Source of the DNA: Neocallimastix sp. 'constans'
Lineage: Eukaryota
Assembly (NCBI GenBank): GCA_050613775.1
Contig: JBODTK010000114.1
Location: forward strand, 496,001 to 531,010
Direction: 5' to 3'
Length of the DNA: 35,010 nucleotides
The position numbers and the translations under genes are program-made. How positions within the stretch are numbered: the first letter of the stretch is position 1; each line of letters starts with the position of its first letter. The notes below the pieces were generated by a model that saw only the letters and a list, made by a program, of their open reading frames with translations, searched no databases and had not been told where the DNA came from. Of the stretch, positions 26,405-35,010 are shown in pieces.

Positions 26405-27245
26405 ATACTAAAAAATATATATAATATGATATGATATGATATATAGTATTTAGTAATTAATTGATGATATATAGTATTTAGTAATTAATTAATTGATATG
26501 ATATATAGTGATTTATTTATATCTCTATTGTTGCTATTAATTTTTTATTGATTATATTGGTTAAAATTTTTATTAAATTTTATTAAATTTATTTTTATAT
26601 TTATGGATTCATTTATTTCATTTATTATTTTTTTTTTATTCATTTCTTTTTTTTTATTATTATTTATTTCTTTATTAATATTTTTTTCTATTTTTAAATT
26701 GAATAATCAATTAATATTTAAGCAATATAAATATGAAAAAAAAAAAAGAAAAAGAAAAATTATAAATAAATAATTCATAAATATTAATAATAAATATAAA
26801 AAAAAATAAATAAAAAGAAAAATTATAAATAAATAATTCATAAATATAAATAATAAATAGATATTTATAATTATTATTTAATTATTATATTATTATATAA
26901 ATAAAAATATACAGCAAATAAAATGAGAAAAATCAAAAGACAAAAAAAAAAATATTCCATTAATAATATAATTTGACTGAACTAAACTAAAAATTTAAAA
27001 TTTTAAAAATTTTAAAAATTTTAAAAATTTAAAAACTCGAATAAAAAAACTTTTTTTATTATTAAAGATCAATCTGTTACAATTACATCTATATATTAGA
27101 TTATATTTAAATATATCTAAAACAATTAATAAATAATATATTATTATCATAATATTATTTATGTCTGATATATTATGATTTCTTAGAAATTTCATATTTT
27201 TAAACATTTTATACCTTCACAAAAAAAAAATCAAAAATGAAACAA

Positions 27246-27247
<2 letters not shown>

Positions 27248-27332
<85 letters not shown>

Positions 27333-27363
27333 TATAATAATAATAATAATAATAAATAATAAT
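27248..27363. repeat. (AAT)n trinucleotide microsatellite
   Basis: Near-perfect AAT run. Confidence 0.95.
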
Positions 27364-27668
27364 ATGAAAACCTTTATTCTATTTTATTTTATTTATTTTT
27401 TTTTTATTCCTTCATTCATATAAATTTTCATAATTTCTCACCCTGATAAAAGTTTGTTTCAATACTATCATTAAGAATTAAATATAAATAAAATTAATAG
27501 TATTAATTTATCTTGTCCGTTACTATTATTATTAGTATTAGTATTCTTTATTTTATTTTTATTTTTATTATTATTATTAAATTCAATAACGTTTTAAAAA
27601 AAAACAAAATATTTTATAATTGGAGAAGAAAGTAAAACATTTTAAAAATTAAAATTAAAAAAAATACT

Positions 27669-27700
<32 letters not shown>

Positions 27701-28321
27701 CTGTAATACCAACCGTTTTTTATTTTATTCTTAATTTTATTATTATATTTATATAATATATATATATATTTATTTATTTATTTATTTAATAAGATACCAA
27801 TAATTTTAAAAAAAAATTTAAAACTTTTCGAAAATGAATTATGATTACTTCACATGTATAACAATGATAACTTCACATGTAACACCTATAACATATATTA
27901 ATTTAAAATATAAAAAAAAATTTTTCATTCTTTTATTTTTCTTTTTTAATTTTTTAAAAAATTTTCAATGAAATAAATTTCAGAGTATCTTCATTAGAAT
28001 TTTTTAATGTTTTAGAATTTAAGGATTAGGTATTCAAATTAAATAGCTATAAACTTTTATTTTTTTAATTTGATCATCATTATATTAATATAATATGATA
28101 TAATATGATATGATTTATTTAGACATTTATTTATTTATTCATTCATTTATTTAGATATGTAGAAAATTTTCCTTTTTTTTTTTTTAAAAAAAATTTTTTA
28201 TTGGTCGTTCATCCAATATCATTTTATTTTCTGTATATGGAATATGAACCATTCAAAATTAACATACACTTAATCTATATAATAATATATTTATTCTTAT
28301 TCCTATTCATGTTATTTCAAA

Positions 28322-29030
28322 TTATTTATTTATTATTTATTATTTATTATTTATTATTCAGTCATTTATTAATAAATACTCTTCTTATTATTTATAATTT
28401 ATTATTTATTATTTATTATCTATTATTTATTATTTATTATCTATTATTTATTATTTATTAATAAATACTCTTTATTATTTATTATTTATTATTTATTAAT
28501 AAATACTCTTTTTATTATTTATTATTTATTATTTATTAATAAATACTCTTTTTATTATTTATTATTTATTATTTATTAATAAATACTCTTTTTATTATTT
28601 ATTATTTATTATTTATTAATAAATACTCTTTTTATTATTTATTATTTATTATTTATTAATAAATACTCTTTTTATTATTTATTATTTATTATTTATTAAT
28701 AAATACTCTTTTTATTATTTATTATTTATTATTTATTATTTATTAATAAATACTCTTTTTATTATTTATTATTTATTATTTATTAATAAATACTCTTCTT
28801 ATTATTTATTATCTATTATTTATTATTTATTAATAAATACTCTTCTAATTATTTATTATTTATTATCTATTATTTATTATTTATTAATAAATACTCTTCT
28901 AATTATTTATTATTTATTATCTATTATTTATTATTAATAAATACTCTTCTTATTATTTATTATTTATTATCTATTATTTATTATTTATTATTTATTATTT
29001 ATTAATAAATACTCTTCTTATTATTATTTA
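28322..29030. repeat. ~40-bp minisatellite (AAATACTCTTTTTATTATTTATTATTTATTATTTATTAAT) with length variants
   Basis: Exact 40-bp copies start at 28501, 28541, 28581 and 28621. Flanking copies differ in the number of internal 7-mers and carry CTCTTCT/ATCTATT variants. Confidence 0.93.
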
Positions 29031-29040
29031 TTTATTTATT

Positions 29041-29523
29041 ATCACTCCTTCATGTTATTCATGTCATTTATATCATTTTATATCAGTTTTCCCTTCGGGT
29101 TTTTATGATAATGCGTTGATAGAGCAATTACAGGTAAGTATATTGGATTAAGTATGATTGATTTGTGGGTGATTTGGACTCTGGTCAAAACTAAAGTGTT
29201 TTGGGCATATTTAGGAAAAACGGCACAAACCTGTCTAGATACTTAAGTTATATCCAAATTGTAAATAATATGGTCAATTTCCTTAATTATACCATCTCCA
29301 AAAAACTAATTAAGATTTCTGCTATTCCCGATGATAGAGGGGTGGGTGGTATGACGGTCAGTTCGGATTTTCGTAATCTGTTGGGGACCATGCCTATAGT
29401 ACTTTAAATCCCTCTTAGAGGTAGTAGAGCGTCGACGTCAAAATGATAAGACATGTAAGGATCTGTTCCTTAAAATACATTCATGTGACCTACCAATGAT
29501 GTAGAAATCATGTGAGAAAGTCC
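29041..29523. mobile_element. GC-richer island, probable transposon relic or unannotated transcribed element
   Basis: About 480 nt of complex, GC-richer sequence directly after the minisatellite. It has only a short 68-codon ORF with no recognisable motif and contains CAGGTAAGTAT at 29131-29141. Confidence 0.3.
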
Positions 29524-29563
29524 AAAAAAAAAAAATATCATTTTATACATTACATATAATTTA

Positions 29564-29602
<39 letters not shown>

Positions 29603-31199
29603 TTTTATTTCATATTTCAACTGTTTTAAAAAAAAATTTTTTTTATTTTTTTTTAAATTAAAAAAGGGAGAAAAACTTTAAATTTAATTTAAATAAAATG
29701 ATACATAACTAATATATTATATATGACATAAAATGGTTAAATTTATATAATAGTATAATAGAATGATATATATAAATAAAAATTAATATATATAATAATG
29801 TAGGATAATATATTCTTTAATATCTATAATATTAATATGTCAATAAATAAAAATGAAATTATTTTTTAATATAAAAATAAGCCATTAATATCTCTATATT
29901 ATGTGACACTAAACTTTAATTAATATTTTTATTTAATAATAATTAATTAAATAGTCAACTTTTTTTTTTTTATTTTTTTTGTTAAATAAATAAATAAATA
30001 AATAAATTTTTTTTACTTTCAGTTTTTAGAAAAATAAATATAAAATATGAAATATATAATAGAATAAATTTATAATATATAGATATAAAATATAATATAT
30101 ATAATATAGATATATAATAAATATTATAATAAATAATATATATATAATTATTTATTTATTTATTTTTTTTTTATGAAACAAAATTTCACCATTCAACATT
30201 TTATAAACATGTCAAATTAAAGATTCTGCCAGTTTAATGGTTCATCTTTTTTTTTTTTTTTTTTATTTATTTTCATATTCCATTTTTTTTAAATAAATTA
30301 TTAAAAGAATAATACTAATAAATAATAATAATAATAATTATTATTTTATTTATTATAATTTTATTATATTTTATTTATTATAATTTTATTTTATTTTATT
30401 TAATATAATTTTATTGTTTTTTATTTATTATAATTTTATTTTATTTTCATTTTTATTTTATTTTTTTCTATTCTATTTATAAACATTTCATACAGAATTT
30501 TATCCATGATCATTAAAATTTTTTGAGAAAGTTGAATTATGAAATTAAAATGTTATTAATAGAAACAATTTAATAAGATTTAAATAACTTTTTAACCATA
30601 GTAATAGTAATACTATTATTATAATAGAATATGATTTTTATATTTATATTTTAGTATAAATTTTAATAGATCAAAATCAAAAGAAAAATAATATTTTTAT
30701 ATTTTTATATTTTTATATTTTTATTTTCTATATTTTATAGTTTATATTAGTAATTTTAATAATGAGGGAAAAATAACAATTATAAAAATAATTCCTATTT
30801 TTATTTTTTATTTTTATTTTAATTTTTATTTCTTTTTTAATTTTTTATGGTCAATTTTTGACTAATCTTTTCTAAATATATTCCTATTTTTATTTTGTTT
30901 TTCATTTTATTTTTATTTTTTATTTTCCTTATTTATTATTTATTTTCCTTATATTATTATTATTTCTTAATAATTATTTTTATTATTTCTTCTTCTTCCA
31001 TTATTTTTTAATTATTATTAATATTTTTATCGATTTATTTTATTTTATTTTATTCTTTTTTATTTTATTTTATTTTTTATTTTCTATTATTTTAATTATT
31101 TCTAAATATTCAGTTATTCATATTGATATTTATTCAATAAAAAATAATAAATAATATAAAAAATAATAAATAATATAAAAAATAAATAATATAATATCT

Positions 31200-31376
31200 T
31201 ATAATATAAAAATAAATAAATATATAATATAAAAATAAATAAATATATAATATAAAAATAAATAAATAAAATATAAAAATAAATAAATAAAAATAAAAAA
31301 ATAAATAAATATATAATATAAAAATAAATAAATAAAAATATAAAAATAAATAAATAAATAATATAAAAATAAATAA
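31200..31376. repeat. ~19-23-bp A-rich tandem repeat (ATAAAAATAAATAAATATATAAT)
   Basis: The unit is repeated several times with variants. Confidence 0.8.
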
Positions 31377-32339
31377 AAAAATAAATATTTAATATATATT
31401 TAGTATTGATTATATAAACAATAATATATCATATATTATATATTTCTATAAAGTAATTTATATTTATATTATATATAAAAGAATAATTTTCTATATAAAG
31501 CCTATTTTATTATTAAATAAGATTACATAAAAATTTATTGAATAATTTTTCATTTTTCTTGGAATACACAAATTATTTATTATAATATGATTATATTACG
31601 CATATATATCATATTATAGCCATAAATATAAACTAATATATATTATAAATATAAAAAATTTTTTATTTTTATTTTATTTTTACTATTCAAAAATGAAAAA
31701 TGAAAAATGAAAAATGAAAAATAAAAAAGGAAATTTTAATAAATTCAATTGTTTAACAAAAAAAAAAAAATTAAAAAAGTTGATTTTAATTTGTTTAAAA
31801 ATTTAATTAACAATTAAAGTTTATTCTATTTGGTAAATTAATAAATTAATAAATTAAATTAAATATATATTAAAAAAATAAAAAAAAAAAAAAAGAAAAA
31901 AAAATTTTTTTTATTTTTTTATTGTTTTTTATCTCAATTAAAATTTTATATAAATTTAAAGAAATTTTTTTTTTTTATTTTATTTTCCAAACTATTTTTT
32001 TTTCTTATTTACATTTAAAATATTTAAAGATAATTAGAACTTTGTTATTATTTATTTATTTTTTCTTTTTTTTTTTTTTTATTTAAGTACAATATTTATT
32101 TATTTTTTTTGAGTATAGTGTTAAATAAAATTAATTAAAATTAATTAATAAATTTTATTTTTAGTGTTTTATTTAACATTTGTTTTTTTTTCATGTAAAA
32201 AAAAAAAATAATAATAAAAAATATTGAACTTTTAAACGAATACAATTCAAAAAAATAAAAAAGTAACAAATATTTAAAATATATGAAATACTAATTGTAT
32301 ATAAATATATAAAATAAGAAAAAAAGTATTTCATTTTAC

Positions 32340-32370
<31 letters not shown>

Positions 32371-32727
32371 TAAATAACAAATAATACTATTCCTATTCTT
32401 TAAAAAGATAATAGAATTAGAAAAAAAAAAAATAAAAGTTAAAATAAATGTCATAGAATATAGAAAAATTAATTTAAATCTAAAAAAGTAAATTAGATCA
32501 AAATAAAAACATACCAATGCAATAAATAATTCAATCTTTATTTATTTTTTTTTATTTCAAATATTTGTACAATAATTTTTTAAATTAAATAAATCATATT
32601 TTACACACCAAAGAAGAATAATATAATAATAATAATAATAATTTATATATATAAATAAAATAAACAATATATTATATATAAAACTCCATATATTCATATA
32701 ATATAATTTAAAAAAAAAAAAAAAAAA

Positions 32728-34263
32728 ATGTATTTTAAAAGAGAATTTATACCAGAAGAAAGATCATTATTTTCAAATTACATAGTTATAGATAATGCTA
32801 AACTGATAAAGGAGGACCAAGAGTCTTTAAATAATATCGATCCTGTCTATGCTGATGAACCACTACAATGTTTTAAACAATGCACTGAAGTTGGTAGCCG
32901 TCGTTGTAATATAGTAGAATATAACCTTGTAGATAAATCTTGTAAATTTTATGATTTACCTAAAGACGATAACGTCACTTTAAAATTTAAATATTCAGAT
33001 AGTGAACTAAATGGTGATTCATTTACTATTTCAACGGTTAAAAGTATAAAAAAACAAGGAATCACCAAGGAAGAATGTATTAATATATTTAATAGTAATA
33101 CCGAAAATATTTTTTATAACTATAAGGAAGATGGTTCCTTTTCAGAATGTATTGTTGGTATACCAGAGGCTAGTAAGGACTATTCCTTTGCCATCAATTT
33201 AAATAGCTTTAATAGTCCTCTTAAATTTGTTAATCCTAATAAAAAATATCAAATGGAAGAAGATGTTTCCAATGGTAAAGCTGGTACAACGAAGGAACAA
33301 AAAGAAGGAGTAAGTAATATAAAAAAATGTATATATATATAATTAAAATAAAATAATAAATAAATTTAAAATAAAATTATAAATATACTATTTATATAAT
33401 ATAAATATGTGTGTAGTTTTTTTTTTTTTTTTTTTTTTTTTTCTTTTATCAAAAAACCAAAAAAAAAACCAAAAAAAAACCAAAAAAAAAAAAAATAAAA
33501 ACAAAAATAAAAATGAAAAAAAAATATGTTTAATAAAATAGTTTTATTAAATATTAAAAAAAAAAAAAAAGACTTAAAATAAATTATTAAATGAAAACAT
33601 AATTCTAATAATTTTTTTTTTTTTTATTTTCCTTATTTACTATTTTTAATTATATTTATTTTTAATAAATAATAATAACAATAATAATTTATTTATTATT
33701 AGGGTAAAGGAGGAAATAGTGGTCCACTTATATTAGTAGCATTTGGTATAATTGGTGTTATAGTAATTACTGGCTTAATTTATTATGGTATTCGTATGGT
33801 AAAAAAGGCAAATAAATTAAATAGTGCTAATAATTCAAGAAATGTAAGAAATCAAATATCTTATAAATTGAAGAATTCAGATCCTTATAGTAGTGGATCT
33901 AGAGGTTCAAAGAACTCTACCTTAAATAATTCTTCTAAAAGATCATATAATGTTAGTGGTTATAGTTATACCAATAAATCTCAACATTCTACCATTTCTA
34001 ATATTGCTCCTCAAATCTACGATTATAATGATAGTGAAACCTATATCAATAGTGGTGGCAATAGTTATCCAAATAGTTTACCCAACAGTTACCAAAGTAA
34101 TACTCTTCAAGATTTTTATAATAATGCTTCCTTAAGTTTCGGAGTTTCAAACTATCCTAATAATTATGGTAATAACAACTACGGTTCCAGTTATGGTACC
34201 TCCATAAATTATAATAACTATCAAAATATGAATAATAATTATTCTGGTTATAATAAATATTAA
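32728..34263 (+). CDS. Uncharacterised single-pass membrane protein with N-terminal PAN/Apple-like Cys motif and Asn/Ser/Tyr-rich tail. Exons 32728-33309 and 33703-34263; 380 aa
   Basis: A GTAAGT donor at 33310 and a TTAG acceptor ending at 33702 join the two ORF-track ORFs in frame. CFKQC...RRCNIVEYNLVDKSCKFY fits the PAN C-x3-C...C...Y...C pattern. A TM segment LILVAFGIIGVIVITGLIYYGI is followed by basic RMVKK. The start codon is not certain. Confidence 0.8.
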
Positions 34264-34577
34264 TTATGAATAAAAAAAAAAAAAAAAAAAAAATAGAAAA
34301 AAAAAAAAAAAAAAAGAAAAAAAGAAAAAAAATTAATAAATAAAAAAAATATATAATATATATATAAAATATATTATATATAAATGTTATTAACCCTTTA
34401 TTTCAATTCTTATAACCGTAACAACCTTTAAATAAACAAAAAGATAATCAATTGAAAAAAAAAAAAAAAAATAATTAAAAATAAATTAGATTATTATATA
34501 TAGTAATTTAATATGATATTTTATAATTTTTAAATTAAAAATAATACTAATAAAAAAAATTAAAATATATATATATT

Positions 34578-34610
<33 letters not shown>

Positions 34611-35010
34611 TTTGGTTTTGTTTTTATTGTTGTTTTATAATTTATATATAGGTTTTTTTTTTCTAATATTTATTTATTCTTTATATTAAATTTTAATATT
34701 TTTTTAATATTTTTTTTTTTTTATTTTTATCTGTTCAAAAACAAATTAAAAAAAAAAAAAAAATTTTTTTTTTTTAATAATTATTAATAGTTAATAGTTA
34801 ATAAAAATTTATTAATTTATATAAAATTTAAAAAGTAAATAGTAATCCATACTATTAAAACTACCTACAACTAATAATAAAATAAAATAAAATAAAATAA
34901 AATAATATAAAATAAAATAAAATAAAATAATAAAATAAAATAAAATAAATAGTAGAATATTAAATAAGAAAGTACAGATTGAATAAAATAAAATAAAATA
35001 AAATAAATAT

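Noticed and set aside
28322..29030. CRISPR-like array
   Set aside because: No unique spacers, the context is eukaryotic and there are no cas genes. It is a minisatellite.
29041..29141. U1 snRNA gene on the minus strand (reads ATACTTACCTG)
   Set aside because: The downstream sequence lacks U1 loop I (GATCA..AAG), loop II (ATTGCAC) and an Sm site with terminal stem. It is better explained as a + strand splice-donor consensus.
892..29523. Homology between the two GC-richer islands (811-1200 and the reverse complement of 29041-29523)
   Set aside because: Only scattered short matches (GGACTT.TC, CCTCT.AGAG) and no sustained alignment by eye.
14049..32517. F/I/L/Y-rich ORFs at 14049-14267, 15302-15700, 25595-25873, 26995-27207, 28201-28461 and 32191-32517 (also 13207-13425)
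   Set aside because: Translations of A/T microsatellites and homopolymers with no coding-like composition.

Overview
Extremely AT-rich eukaryotic DNA, packed with microsatellites and homopolymers. The fungal-type PPG1 phosphatase, the motile-cilium factor Kintoun and the very low GC content together suggest a zoosporic fungus, most likely an anaerobic gut fungus (Neocallimastigomycota); this is inference. I reconstructed three spliced + strand genes by hand: a 7-exon PPG1/PP2A-like Ser/Thr phosphatase (3798-6429), a 9-exon Kintoun/DNAAF2 dynein assembly factor (8348-13732) and a 2-exon single-pass membrane protein with a PAN/Apple-like Cys motif (32728-34263). About 19 kb between the second and third genes has no supportable CDS. 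It holds simple repeats, a 40-bp minisatellite and a few GC-richer islands. The most notable feature is DNAAF2 intron 5 (10784-11104), which looks like an AT-AC U12-type (minor spliceosome) intron: ATATCCTTT donor, CCTTAAC branch motif and AC acceptor. Its branch motif lies about 155 nt upstream of the acceptor. The PPG1 protein also ends in YFS instead of the family's methylatable YFL.
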